A stretch of DNA of 64,000 nucleotides from Candidatus Enterousia sp. (GTDB lineage Bacteria; Pseudomonadota; Alphaproteobacteria; Rs-D84). Both the position numbers and the translations under genes were made by a program. Positions 1 to 9,584 of the stretch are shown here, piece by piece. Positions within the stretch are counted from its first letter, which is position 1. Each line of letters starts with the position of its first letter. The DNA lies in assembly GCA_045587125.1 (NCBI GenBank), contig JAZNBN010000016.1, positions 96,728 to 160,727 on the forward strand, written 5' to 3'. Below the pieces are notes generated by a model. That model was not told the DNA's origin. It was given only the letters and a program-made list of their open reading frames with translations, and did not search any database.

Positions 1-1028
1 CGTATCGTGATTTGCCAATGAAATTAAATCAGTGGGTAAATGTTATGCGCTGGGAAATGCGTCCACGTATGTTCTTGCGTACGTCTGAATTTAACTGGCA
101 AGAAGGCCATAACGTTTTTGCAACACACCAAGAAGCCAACGCAGACGCACGTAAAATGCATAAAATGTATGGCGATTACATGCGTGATATTTTGGCAATA
201 CCATCTATTATGGGTGAAAAAACAGCCGAAGAAAGATTTGCCGGTGCAGACCACACATACACATTGGAACACATTATGCAAGACGGTAAAGCATTGCAGG
301 CCGGTACATCACATGACCTGGGTCAGCATTTTTCAAAATCTTTTGGTATTCAATTCTTGGGTACAGATGGAAAATTACAGCATGCCTGGACGACCAGTTG
401 GGGAACAACAACTCGTATGATGGGTTCTATGTTTATGGTGCATTCTGATGATGATGGTTTGATTTTGCCACCGGCGGTTGCTCCATATCAGGTTGTAATT
501 ATTCCGATTACTCGTGATGATACGGCTGATAAATTAAATGCGTATGCAGAAGAATTGGGTGAAAAATTACGTAACGTTGGCGTTCGTGTTTTGGTTGATA
601 CATCTGATATGCGTGCCCCAGATAAAATGTGGAAATGGATTAAACGTGGTGTGCCGTTACGTGTAGAAATTGGTGCCAGAGAGATGGAATCAGGTGATGT
701 TACGATTACCCGTCGTGATATTGGCCGTGAATCTAAACGCACAATTCAGGAAACAGAATTGATTGAAACTGTAAATGATATTATGCGTGACATTCATGAT
801 ACAATGGTCGCACGTGTAGAACAACGTAATCGTGAAATGATACATGACGTGGCCGATTTAAATGCACTGAATACTGCATTGGCGAACGGTGAAATTGGAT
901 TTTTCCGTATTAAATATGACATGACTACAAATGCAGAATTTGAAGCGTTAATGGAAAAATACAAAATAACACGTCGTTGTTTAGATGACAATGATCCGAC
1001 GTATGTATTCGTTGCAAAATCTTATTAA
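1..1028 (+). CDS. proS: Prolyl-tRNA synthetase, C-terminal ~340 aa (5' end outside window)
   Basis: Frame open from nt 3 (YRDLPMKLNQW). Class IIa core motifs (RPRMFLRTSEFNWQEGH, GTSHDLGQHF) and an anticodon-binding/C-terminal domain of the archaeal/eukaryote-like ProRS type. Hairpin terminator follows. Confidence 0.9.
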   Translation, partial: YRDLPMKLNQWVNVMRWEMRPRMFLRTSEFNWQEGHNVFATHQEANADARKMHKMYGDYMRDILAIPSIMGEKTAEERFAGADHTYTLEHIMQDGKALQAGTSHDLGQHFSKSFGIQFLGTDGKLQHAWTTSWGTTTRMMGSMFMVHSDDDGLILPPAVAPYQVVIIPITRDDTADKLNAYAEELGEKLRNVGVRVLVDTSDMRAPDKMWKWIKRGVPLRVEIGAREMESGDVTITRRDIGRESKRTIQETELIETVNDIMRDIHDTMVARVEQRNREMIHDVADLNALNTALANGEIGFFRIKYDMTTNAEFEALMEKYKITRRCLDDNDPTYVFVAKSY

Positions 1029-1031
1029 AAA

Positions 1032-1055
1032 ACGGGGTGTGTGCCCCGTTTTTTT
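1032..1055 (+). terminator. Rho-independent terminator after proS
   Basis: Stem ACGGGG/CCCCGT, 6-nt loop, T-run. Confidence 0.8.
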
Positions 1056-1144
1056 ACTTGTTTGTTTTATGTCTGCATAATCCCATATCTTATCTTGTTT
1101 TTTTATGATATAATATTACACAGAGTAAACGTGGGAGAGATTAT

Positions 1145-2074
1145 ATGAAAATTTCAATTATAGGTTTGGGGTCTGTTGGTTCTGCGGTTGCGACCGCTGT
1201 AAAAAACACAGGTTTGGCACATGAAATTGTTTTGTTTGACCGTGATGGTATTCGTGCACGTGCCGCCGCCGAAGATTTAGGGCATGCCGCTGCGTTTTCT
1301 TATGACGTAAAAATTACGGCTGTAAATAATTATCGTGCAATCCGCGGCAGTGAAATTGTCGTTATCGCCGCAGGTGCAAATCAAAAGCCCGGCGAAACCA
1401 GAACAGATTTATTGCATGCAAATGCAAATGTGATAAATGATATTGTTCCACGTGTTATGGCAAACGTAGATGCAAAAACAGTAAAATTGATAATCGTTAC
1501 AAATCCATTAGATGTTATGGTAATGTTGGCACAAAAATTATCTGGTCTGCCGGCAAGCCGTGTAATTGGCACAGGTACAATGTTGGATTCTGCACGTCTG
1601 CGTACAATATTGGCACGCCAGTTATCTGTTTCAACCCAATCTATTAACGCGTATGTTTTGGGTGAACATGGCGACAGCAGTATGATAAATTGGTCGTCTG
1701 CATGCATTGGCGGAATTGATTTAAATTCATTTTGTCGTCAAACAAAAATATCTTTGCCCCAGACGACACGTAATACAATATTGCATCGTGTTCATAACGC
1801 AGCCTATGAAATAATTCGCGGTCGTGGTGCAACATGGGATGGAATTGCCGGTGCGGTTGCGGATTTGGTACGTTGTATTGTAAATGATGAAAACCGCATA
1901 TTGACGGTCAGCACCGTTGATGGTGTTGGTGCGAAATCACTTGCCATGTCTTTACCACGTGTTGTTGGAAATCATGGTGTTGTTGCAACATTGATGCCAA
2001 AAATGAATGCAGTGGAATCCGCAGCATTACGGGCCAGTGGTAAAATAATCCGAAAAAATTACAATTCAATCTGA
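1145..2074 (+). CDS. ldh: L-lactate dehydrogenase (LDH/MDH family)
   Basis: N-terminal Rossmann IIGLGSVG, GANQKPGETRTDLL (Gln at the LDH/MDH discriminating position), catalytic GEHGDS. RBS GGGAGAG upstream. Confidence 0.8.
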   Translation: MKISIIGLGSVGSAVATAVKNTGLAHEIVLFDRDGIRARAAAEDLGHAAAFSYDVKITAVNNYRAIRGSEIVVIAAGANQKPGETRTDLLHANANVINDIVPRVMANVDAKTVKLIIVTNPLDVMVMLAQKLSGLPASRVIGTGTMLDSARLRTILARQLSVSTQSINAYVLGEHGDSSMINWSSACIGGIDLNSFCRQTKISLPQTTRNTILHRVHNAAYEIIRGRGATWDGIAGAVADLVRCIVNDENRILTVSTVDGVGAKSLAMSLPRVVGNHGVVATLMPKMNAVESAALRASGKIIRKNYNSI

Positions 2075-2078
2075 TTTA

Positions 2079-2103
2079 AGTCCGGTTTGCCGGACTTTTT
2101 TTT
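2079..2103 (+). terminator. Rho-independent terminator after ldh
   Basis: Stem AGTCCGG/CCGGACT, loop TTTG, T8. Confidence 0.8.
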
Positions 2104-2173
2104 GAATACTGTCATATACAATTTATGTTCTTTACGTGGTATATTTTTATTAAAACAACATAGGGGAAATAAT

Positions 2174-2473
2174 ATGCCTGATGAAGTACGATATTTAATC
2201 TCAGAACAGCAAGACAGATTTGAAGCCATTTTTAACGGTCAAAAGGTTGGTGAAATAACATTTGTTCGTGTTGGTATTGATAAATTGATAATTGAATACA
2301 CTGGGGTTGACCCAAAATTCAGACATAAAAACATAGGATTGTCTTTGGTACGCAGTGTTGCACACATGGCACGCAATCAAAAAAGACATGTTATAACATT
2401 GTGTCCATTTGCCCGTGCAATGTTTAACAGATATTCTGAATTTGATGATATTCGTTTAATGAACGCACATTAA
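2174..2473 (+). CDS. Small GNAT-like N-acetyltransferase (YjdJ type)
   Basis: Start moved to the ATG at 2174 behind GGGGAA. Pattern IEYTGVDPKFRHKNIGLSLV...ITLCPFARAMF resembles the short GNAT C-terminal family. Confidence 0.65.
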   Translation: MPDEVRYLISEQQDRFEAIFNGQKVGEITFVRVGIDKLIIEYTGVDPKFRHKNIGLSLVRSVAHMARNQKRHVITLCPFARAMFNRYSEFDDIRLMNAH

Positions 2474-2499
2474 AAAAACGGGAAATTCCCGTTTTTTTT
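2472..2499. terminator. Bidirectional terminator between GNAT gene and sodB
   Basis: A7-ACGGGA-loop-TCCCGT-T8, between convergent genes. Confidence 0.8.
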
Positions 2500-3085
2500 A
2501 ATTTCTAAGGTTTTCTGCTACGAAATTCCAATTTATTAAATTGTTTAAAAAGTTATCTATAAAATCTGCACGTCTGTTTTTATAATCCAAATAATAAGAA
2601 TGTTCCCAAACGTCTAATGTTAAAACAGGTTTCATATTATGTGCAATTGGTGTATCTGCATTTGCCATATTTACAATTTTTAATTTATCACCATCTTGGA
2701 CCAACCACGTATAACCACTGCCGAACAAAGAAGTGGCGGCGGATTTAAATTCTGTTTTAAAGTTTTCAATACTGCCGAAATTATCAATAATTTCCTGTGG
2801 AACTTTTGCTATGCATTTTGGGCACATTCCTTGAAAGAAAAAGTCATGATTATAAACCTGGGCTGCGTTATTAAATATTTTTTTATCCGAATCATTTTGT
2901 GCAGATTCTTTGATTATATCAATCAATGAAACCTGTTCGTATTTTGTGTTGTTAATAAGTTTATTCAGATTGTCTATATATGTTGCAACATGTTTGCCAT
3001 GGTGTGTTTCTAATGTGTCTTGGGATATATATGGACTAAGCGCGTATGTCGCATACGGTAATGGGAATTGGGCCAGTGTGAACAT
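2498..3085 (-). CDS. sodB: Iron superoxide dismutase
   Basis: LPYATYALSPYIS..THHGKHH-type N-terminus, FNNAAQVYNH (Fe-type Gln), DVWEHSYYLDYKNRR metal-binding motif. Confidence 0.92.
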   Translation of the reverse strand: MFTLAQFPLPYATYALSPYISQDTLETHHGKHVATYIDNLNKLINNTKYEQVSLIDIIKESAQNDSDKKIFNNAAQVYNHDFFFQGMCPKCIAKVPQEIIDNFGSIENFKTEFKSAATSLFGSGYTWLVQDGDKLKIVNMANADTPIAHNMKPVLTLDVWEHSYYLDYKNRRADFIDNFLNNLINWNFVAENLRN

Positions 3086-3218
3086 GTATATTTCTCCTTT
3101 GTTTTAGGTGTTTATTGTTGCATAAATACTGATTTTTACAACAGGAAAAAAATAATGAAAAAGCACTTGCGGTGTTGGTTATATATTTTCTATAATCCGA
3201 TTATCAAAAGGAGAAAAA

Positions 3219-3794
3219 ATGAAAAAATTATCGATTGTTTCTATGTTGTTTGGCTTGTTAATTGCGGGTAATGCATCTGCTGCGGACATAACGGTTTATT
3301 ATGCACCATCATGTCCACATTGTCATCATGCACGTGATTTTATATCAAATACATTGATTTATGAATATCCAGAATTAAAGGTAACAATGGTTGATGTTAC
3401 ACAGCCACAACATCGTAATATATTTAAATCTGCATTGGAAAAATGTGGTTTTACATCTGGTGGTGTACCTGTTTTGGTTGTTGGTGATAAATGTGAACAG
3501 GGTTATGCAGATTTTATGCAGGATACATTGCGTAAACATATCGAGGTAGATTTATCAGATGCGCAAAAGCAAACTGCTGCGGATAATAAAAAGGCAATGA
3601 CAACGGATGCTGATAAATTTAAATCAGATAACCCAGACCGTAAAAATGCCATTTCTGAATACAGTGCTGAAATATCAGACGCATCTGCGGGTCAAAAAAA
3701 AAATAATGGTGACAATGGCCTAATCTGGTTGGGTGCATTGTTGGTTTTATTGGTTGCGGGTCTGGGGTATGTTCTGGTTCGCAAGGATAAATAA
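3219..3794 (+). CDS. Exported thioredoxin-fold protein (CPHC) with C-terminal membrane anchor
   Basis: Signal peptide MKKLSIVSMLFGLLIAGNASA, redox motif YYAPSCPHCHH, glutaredoxin-like GGVPVLVV, C-terminal TM LIWLGALLVLLVAGLGYVLV. Confidence 0.6.
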   Translation: MKKLSIVSMLFGLLIAGNASAADITVYYAPSCPHCHHARDFISNTLIYEYPELKVTMVDVTQPQHRNIFKSALEKCGFTSGGVPVLVVGDKCEQGYADFMQDTLRKHIEVDLSDAQKQTAADNKKAMTTDADKFKSDNPDRKNAISEYSAEISDASAGQKKNNGDNGLIWLGALLVLLVAGLGYVLVRKDK

Positions 3795-3814
3795 AATAAC
3801 AGATTGGATAAACT

Positions 3815-4552
3815 ATGTTTGATTTAACAGTACTTGATTACATTTATGTTGGTATTGTTGTAGCGTCAACGTTATGGGCGACATTGCGTGGTGGTGTTTA
3901 TGAAACTATTGCGACAATGTCATGGGTTGTGGCTGCGATTGCTGCACGTATTGCATCACCATGGTTGGATAATTTACTACAATTGTGGTTTGATTTATCT
4001 GAATCAACTGTGGGGACATTGGTTGCGTCTTATTTTATTGTATTTTTTGCGGTTTTAATGTTGGTTGGTTTTGTCAATCAAAAACTGCGTGACAAAATTC
4101 AGGGCAGCATAATGAACATCACAGATAGAACATTGGGTGTAATATTTGGTATTATACGCGGTTTGGTTGTAATGGGTGTTTTTTATTGGGTTGCACTGTG
4201 GTATTATTCAGATGTTCCTGCGTTACCACAATGGTTGTCCCAGGCACGTACCCGTCCAATTATGCAAATTACGGCTGTAAAATTAGATGAATGGTTTTTC
4301 CCAGGACCGGAAAATAAATTGTTGGCACGTGATATGGCGGGAACACACGAAGCGTTGGAAATTTATAACAATCTTATTAATCCTGCAATCATGGGGGCAA
4401 AATCAGATAAAAAAGATAGCAATCCCGGGGTTGTAACACAAGATACAGAAACAGGTTATAAATCATCGGAACGTGCGGCCTTGGAAAATCAGTTGTTACA
4501 AATTGAAACTGTTGCACGTGCAATAGAAGAACACGAAGGAAAACCCGAGTAA
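3815..4552 (+). CDS. cvpA: CvpA-family membrane protein
   Basis: N-terminal DYIYVGIVVASTLWATLRGGVYE and four TM segments typical of colicin V production protein family. Confidence 0.7.
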   Translation: MFDLTVLDYIYVGIVVASTLWATLRGGVYETIATMSWVVAAIAARIASPWLDNLLQLWFDLSESTVGTLVASYFIVFFAVLMLVGFVNQKLRDKIQGSIMNITDRTLGVIFGIIRGLVVMGVFYWVALWYYSDVPALPQWLSQARTRPIMQITAVKLDEWFFPGPENKLLARDMAGTHEALEIYNNLINPAIMGAKSDKKDSNPGVVTQDTETGYKSSERAALENQLLQIETVARAIEEHEGKPE

Positions 4553-4579
4553 ATTTATTGCGTTATCTCTAAGGAAATC

Positions 4580-4609
4580 ATACCTGCTGACACAGCAGGT
4601 ATATTTTTT
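4580..4609 (+). terminator. Rho-independent terminator after cvpA
   Basis: 10-bp stem ATACCTGCTG/CAGCAGGTAT, 3-nt loop, T-run. Confidence 0.8.
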
Positions 4610-4641
4610 ATAAAATTAAAGCAAAATAAAGGAGATAAAAA

Positions 4642-5163
4642 ATGTTCTTGAAATCAAAAATATGTTTAACTGTTTTCATAGTTTACGAAGCGGCAGTTAT
4701 ATCTTTTCTTCATTTTCAAAGTACGTGCGATGCAATATTTTCGTCTGCATTTTGTACCAGTTGGTTTCGATACTTTTTATTTTGTGTGATTGTTCCACTG
4801 TTTGTTGGATTGATTTTAATGTGGATAAACGAAATCATCAGGGCACATCACAGACGTAGATTTATACGCCGTGCAAAAAATACTGTAAATGGTATCTTAA
4901 GTGCTGTTCGTGGTCATATGTCAAAACATATGGACGTTGCAGATATAGAAAAAATAATCACTGCGGCTGTATTAATCGGTATCAAAAAATATGCAGACCG
5001 TCATCCAAATTTGCGTCATAATATAAACAATGTTATGGATTTGGCGCATGGTGATATGGAATTAGATATTATGTCAACGGCTGACGAAATCAAGACATCA
5101 AAAAAACATCCTGTCAAAACCGTGGTACGTTCCAGAAAAAAAGTAGTAACAAAGAAAAAATAA
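4642..5163 (+). CDS. Hypothetical membrane protein with basic C-terminus
   Basis: RBS AAGGAG upstream, two or three hydrophobic segments, Lys/Arg-rich tail, no recognisable motif. Confidence 0.5.
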   Translation: MFLKSKICLTVFIVYEAAVISFLHFQSTCDAIFSSAFCTSWFRYFLFCVIVPLFVGLILMWINEIIRAHHRRRFIRRAKNTVNGILSAVRGHMSKHMDVADIEKIITAAVLIGIKKYADRHPNLRHNINNVMDLAHGDMELDIMSTADEIKTSKKHPVKTVVRSRKKVVTKKK

Positions 5164-5185
5164 TTAAACAAAATTCCTTTCATAC

Positions 5186-5211
5186 AAAAACCGTTGTTAT
5201 GACGGTTTTTT
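5186..5211 (+). terminator. Rho-independent terminator
   Basis: AAAAACCGT-loop-ACGGTTTTTT. It lies inside the N-terminal extension of track ORF 5199, which supports the later start at 5268. Confidence 0.6.
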
Positions 5212-5267
5212 ATTTGTTGCTTTATTTTTCGATTTTTATTCTAATATGTATATTCAGGAGAAAAAGT

Positions 5268-7886
5268 ATGAATACTAAAATAACAGGTTTGTCATCAAAA
5301 CAGGTTATAGCAAGTAGAAAGATATACGGCATAAATCAAATGCCACGTCCAAAGTCTAAAACGGCATGGGATTTTTTAAAGCAGGTTTTCCAAGACAGAT
5401 TAAATATAGTTTTATCAATAATGACATTGATTTTTTTGGTCTTGGGATTGGTTGGGTATGGCAGTATTTCAGAAGCAATAGGTATTGGTGCGGTTTTGCT
5501 AGTTATGTCAGTCACAACAGTTACAACAAAGCTGAAAAGTCAACGCAGTGCCGAAGAATTATACCAAAAATCATCAATGCAAAATGTTACTGTAATCAGA
5601 AATGGTACACCTTTGGAAATTGATAGTACCCAGGTTGTCGTTGATGATGTTGTGGTGCTGCGTGCGGGTGAAAAAATATGTGCCGATGGGTATATTATTT
5701 ATGGCGAGATTGAGGTAAATAATTCCATATTAAATGGCGAAAGCACAGAGTGTAAAAAAATACCTGCACCCAAAAATTATGTGTTTGACGGCAAAGCCCC
5801 AATAACATCAGACAGTTATACTGATTCATACAGTGTTTTTTCTGGTACAACGGTGCTTAGTGGCAAAGCGTACATGCGCGCGGCCAGAATCGGTGCAAAT
5901 ACAGAAAATGCGAAAATAATGGCGACGCTTTATTCTATTGATGAAGTAAAAACAACATTACAAATTCAACTGGATAATATGGCGGCACTGATAAGCAATT
6001 TTGGTTCGATATGTGCATTGGTAATATTTTGTGTATTATTGGCCGTTAATATATTTTCTGTGGACTTTGTCTTGGATGCTTCGTTGATATATGTAGTATT
6101 CGGTTCTTTAACGGTTGCCCTGACTATTTTTGTGGCGGCTGTTCCCGAAGGTTTACCATTTATTATCGGAATTATAACCAGTCAAAATGTTAACAGAATG
6201 ATTAAATCAAACATATTGGCTAAAAATCCCCAAAAAATACCCGAGGCAGGCAATATCCAATTACTGTGTACAGATAAAACGGGGACTTTGACATATGGTT
6301 TTTTACAGGCCGTAAATAATTTTGCGGGTGATGGTACAGATATTGGATTTGATAAAAATTCAAAAAATAAAACCAAAGAAATGTTTTTTGAAAATATATC
6401 CCTGACATGTGATTGTACGTTTGATAAACGTAATAATATTATTGGTGGAAATATGACGGGGCGTGCACTGTTTTTGGCGGTAAAAAAAATTGCTGATTAT
6501 ATAACAGACCTGCAACATAAAAATAACATATCAGACAGAATTGTTTTTAATAGTGCCCGTAAATTTTCCGCAGTACAGACATCTGGGCGTGGTGCCATGT
6601 GCTTTTATATGGGGGCCCCAGAAATGATATTGTCGCATGCCAAATCATATATCGATAAAGATGGCCGGAAAAAAGCCTTAAATCATCAATTGATGAACGA
6701 TTTAATTAAACAGAATGCAAAAAAAGCAATGCGATTGGTCGCAACCGCGTTCAGTAACACATGGACCGACGGACATATTTTGCCAGATGATTTGGTTTTG
6801 ATATCTGTGGTGGCAATGCGTGATAAAGTCCGCCCTGGTGTACATGATGTAATTGGTGCAATGTCAAAATCTGGCGTTCAGGTAATGATGATTACCGGGG
6901 ATATTTTAGATACCGGATATGCAATTGCATGTGATTGTGGAATTATAACATCTGATACTGATTTGGCAATTACCGCAAATGATTTTGATAAAATGTCAGA
7001 TGATGAAGCTCGTCGCAGTCTAAGTAAAATCAAAGTGATTGCACGTGCGACACCTGGAACAAAATTACGTTTGGTTCAATTGGCACAATCGTTGAATTTA
7101 TGTATTGGAATGTGCGGTGATGGAACAAATGATGCACCTGCATTAAAACGTGCAGATGTTGGCTTTGCAATGGGTGATGGTACAGATGTTTGCAAAGAAT
7201 CAGGAGATATAATAATTACGGATAATAATTTTATATCAATTGCAAATTGTATTTTATTGGGACGAACATTCATGCATAACGTTATAAATTTCTTAAAGTT
7301 CCAATTGCCGATAAATTTCACTTTGGTGGTTGCTAGTATTTTGTTTCCGATAATATTTGGTCTGGATGCATTCACAGCGGTTCAAATATTGTTGGTAAAT
7401 ATTGTCATGGACAGTTTAAATTCATTAGCGTTTGGTGGCGAACCTCCACGCAAAGAATATCTGATGGAACCCGCTAATGGCAAAGATGCACCATTATTAT
7501 CCAAGACTCAGATAAAGAGTATTCTGTGGTCTACATTTACATTTTGTTGTATTTTTGCGGTATTGGCGGGATTAAATACGCGTGGTGTATTTGTTTCAGA
7601 ATCAACATATATGTCCGCCAGATTCGCGTTACTGATAATTATGGCGGTTATGAATGGTTTTGTTGTGCGTACAAAAGGTTGGAATATCTTTGCAGGTCTG
7701 CGAAATAATTTAATGTTTATCTATGTGGCATTTGGTATTTTATTATCGACTGTGTTTGCGGTATCTTTTGGTGGTGCGTTTTTACAGTTGCATCCATTAA
7801 ATCTAACACAATGGTTGATTGTGTTGGGTTTGTCGATTTTGGTTATTCCTATCAATATTCTGTATAAACAGATGGTCAAACAATAA
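5268..7886 (+). CDS. P-type cation-transporting ATPase (P2-like, Ca2+/Mg2+ type)
   Basis: CTDKTGTLT phosphorylation site, PEGLP, MITGD, GDGTNDAPALKRADVGFAMG, about 10 TM. Start at the ATG behind AGGAG. Confidence 0.9.
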   Translation: MNTKITGLSSKQVIASRKIYGINQMPRPKSKTAWDFLKQVFQDRLNIVLSIMTLIFLVLGLVGYGSISEAIGIGAVLLVMSVTTVTTKLKSQRSAEELYQKSSMQNVTVIRNGTPLEIDSTQVVVDDVVVLRAGEKICADGYIIYGEIEVNNSILNGESTECKKIPAPKNYVFDGKAPITSDSYTDSYSVFSGTTVLSGKAYMRAARIGANTENAKIMATLYSIDEVKTTLQIQLDNMAALISNFGSICALVIFCVLLAVNIFSVDFVLDASLIYVVFGSLTVALTIFVAAVPEGLPFIIGIITSQNVNRMIKSNILAKNPQKIPEAGNIQLLCTDKTGTLTYGFLQAVNNFAGDGTDIGFDKNSKNKTKEMFFENISLTCDCTFDKRNNIIGGNMTGRALFLAVKKIADYITDLQHKNNISDRIVFNSARKFSAVQTSGRGAMCFYMGAPEMILSHAKSYIDKDGRKKALNHQLMNDLIKQNAKKAMRLVATAFSNTWTDGHILPDDLVLISVVAMRDKVRPGVHDVIGAMSKSGVQVMMITGDILDTGYAIACDCGIITSDTDLAITANDFDKMSDDEARRSLSKIKVIARATPGTKLRLVQLAQSLNLCIGMCGDGTNDAPALKRADVGFAMGDGTDVCKESGDIIITDNNFISIANCILLGRTFMHNVINFLKFQLPINFTLVVASILFPIIFGLDAFTAVQILLVNIVMDSLNSLAFGGEPPRKEYLMEPANGKDAPLLSKTQIKSILWSTFTFCCIFAVLAGLNTRGVFVSESTYMSARFALLIIMAVMNGFVVRTKGWNIFAGLRNNLMFIYVAFGILLSTVFAVSFGGAFLQLHPLNLTQWLIVLGLSILVIPINILYKQMVKQ

Positions 7887-7891
7887 AAATA

Positions 7892-7916
7892 AAAAAATCC
7901 CTGTGTGGGATTTTTT
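7892..7916 (+). terminator. Rho-independent terminator after ATPase gene
   Basis: AATCCC-TGTGT-GGGATT + T6. Confidence 0.75.
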
Positions 7917-7944
7917 GCAAGACAAAATAACTAAGGGGGCGAAA

Positions 7945-8964
7945 ATGAATAAAAAAATAATCGTAACAGGTGGTACTGGTTATATCGGTTCACATACAAC
8001 AGTTGCATTACAGAATGCAGGTTTTAGTGTTGTTATAATGGATAATTTATCCAATTCAACAATGACAAGCATAGATGGTATCGAACAAATTACAGGAATT
8101 CGCCCAGAATTTATCAAAGTTGATTGTGCAGATGCATCAGCACTTAAAACAGCATTTTCTGCACATAGTGACGCAATAGGGGTAATTCATTTTGCAGCAT
8201 TAAAGGCGGTTGGTGAATCTGTAGAAAAACCATTGCTGTATTATCGTAATAATTTGAATTGCTTGATAAATGTTTTGGATATGATGTGTGAATTTAATAT
8301 TTCAAATATTGTTTTTTCGTCATCTGCAACTGTTTACGGTGTTCCAGATGCTTTGCCGGTTACCGAAGAAACGCCTTTGCAACCTGCGACTTCGCCATAT
8401 GGGCAAACTAAGGTTATGGCTGAAAATATTATTCGTGATACTGTACGTGCATATCCGAGAATTCATGCGACATTACTGCGGTATTTTAATCCAATTGGTG
8501 CACACCCCAGTGGTTTAATTGGTGAATTGCCAAATGGTGTACCGAATAATTTAATGCCATATATAACTCAAACTGTTGCTGGTATTCGGCCATTCTTAAA
8601 TATTTTTGGTGATGATTATGATACACCTGATGGATATTGTGTACGTGATTATATTGATGTCAATGATTTAGCAAATGCACATGTTGCAGCAATGCGTCAC
8701 ATGATGGATAATTCAGATGGTATAAGTGTATTTAATTTGGGAACAGGGCATGGTGTATCTGTTATGGAATTGGTTAAAAAATTTGAAATTGCCACAGGTT
8801 TAACAGTGCCCTATAAAATTGCACCGCGTCGTTCAGGTGATGTTCCATCAATTTGGGCAGATGCGTCATTGGCATATCGTGTATTGGGTTGGCGTGCAGA
8901 AACCTCCCTGCAAGATACTTTAGCTTCTGCATGGCGTTGGCAAGAAAAGTTAAATAATAAATAA
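7945..8964 (+). CDS. galE: UDP-glucose 4-epimerase
   Basis: VTGGTGYIGSH Rossmann, SSSATVYG, PYGQTK (YxxxK). Start at the ATG behind GGGGG. Confidence 0.9.
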   Translation: MNKKIIVTGGTGYIGSHTTVALQNAGFSVVIMDNLSNSTMTSIDGIEQITGIRPEFIKVDCADASALKTAFSAHSDAIGVIHFAALKAVGESVEKPLLYYRNNLNCLINVLDMMCEFNISNIVFSSSATVYGVPDALPVTEETPLQPATSPYGQTKVMAENIIRDTVRAYPRIHATLLRYFNPIGAHPSGLIGELPNGVPNNLMPYITQTVAGIRPFLNIFGDDYDTPDGYCVRDYIDVNDLANAHVAAMRHMMDNSDGISVFNLGTGHGVSVMELVKKFEIATGLTVPYKIAPRRSGDVPSIWADASLAYRVLGWRAETSLQDTLASAWRWQEKLNNK

Positions 8965-9023
8965 AAGGCGTTCTTGATTTTATTCCGTCTTTAATTTAAA
9001 ATATTTGCAATAAAGGAGAAAGT

Positions 9024-9527
9024 ATGAAAAAGAGCTTATTTTATGTTCTGACTATTTTATTGTCTGTGAATGCTGTACAGGCAAATACAGATAAAACAAA
9101 AACAGAATTACGTGATGCTATTTATACTAATTGCACAAAAGATGCAAAATCAAATGCAAAGATCATAAATGGTTCAAGTGTATGTTCATGTGTTGCAGAT
9201 AATACTTTAAAGGCACTTGATACAGCTGCGTTTAATGCGTTTGAACAAGGTGGCTGGGACGCATATCAAGAACACGTCAAAGGTAAATCTGAAATTGCAA
9301 AAATAACAGATTCTTGCAATAACAAGTCTTCTGTGGCAAATAAAAATCTGTTGTCCAAAGAAATGTTTGATAAATATGTAAAGAAAATGCAAGAGGCCAA
9401 GAAGAATGGAACAAGTGGCAAGACTAATTCTGGCATCTCAAACGAAGGTCTTTTGAAATTGTTAAAAAATAATTCAGGCAAGGTTTCTTTAAAAGAATTA
9501 CTACAAAAGAAAGCACAACAACAATAA
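9024..9527 (+). CDS. Secreted hypothetical protein
   Basis: RBS AAGGAG, signal peptide ...LLSVNAVQA, Lys-rich, no recognised domain. Confidence 0.55.
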   Translation: MKKSLFYVLTILLSVNAVQANTDKTKTELRDAIYTNCTKDAKSNAKIINGSSVCSCVADNTLKALDTAAFNAFEQGGWDAYQEHVKGKSEIAKITDSCNNKSSVANKNLLSKEMFDKYVKKMQEAKKNGTSGKTNSGISNEGLLKLLKNNSGKVSLKELLQKKAQQQ

Positions 9528-9535
9528 AAATATTT

Positions 9536-9559
9536 AACCGCCTGTTTGGGCGGTTTTTT
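9536..9559. terminator. Terminator between convergent genes
   Basis: AACCGCC-loop-GGCGGTT + T6. Confidence 0.75.
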
Positions 9560-9584
9560 ATGTGAATCTTTTGTTTTATCTGAT

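Noticed and set aside
5199-5267. N-terminal extensions of several track ORFs (5199, 7819, 2087, 15411, 27262, 37327, 42488, 44269, 56225, 59763, 61260)
   Set aside because: The extensions overlap upstream terminators or lack an RBS. An internal ATG preceded by a good Shine-Dalgarno matches the family N-terminus or signal peptide, so starts were moved accordingly.
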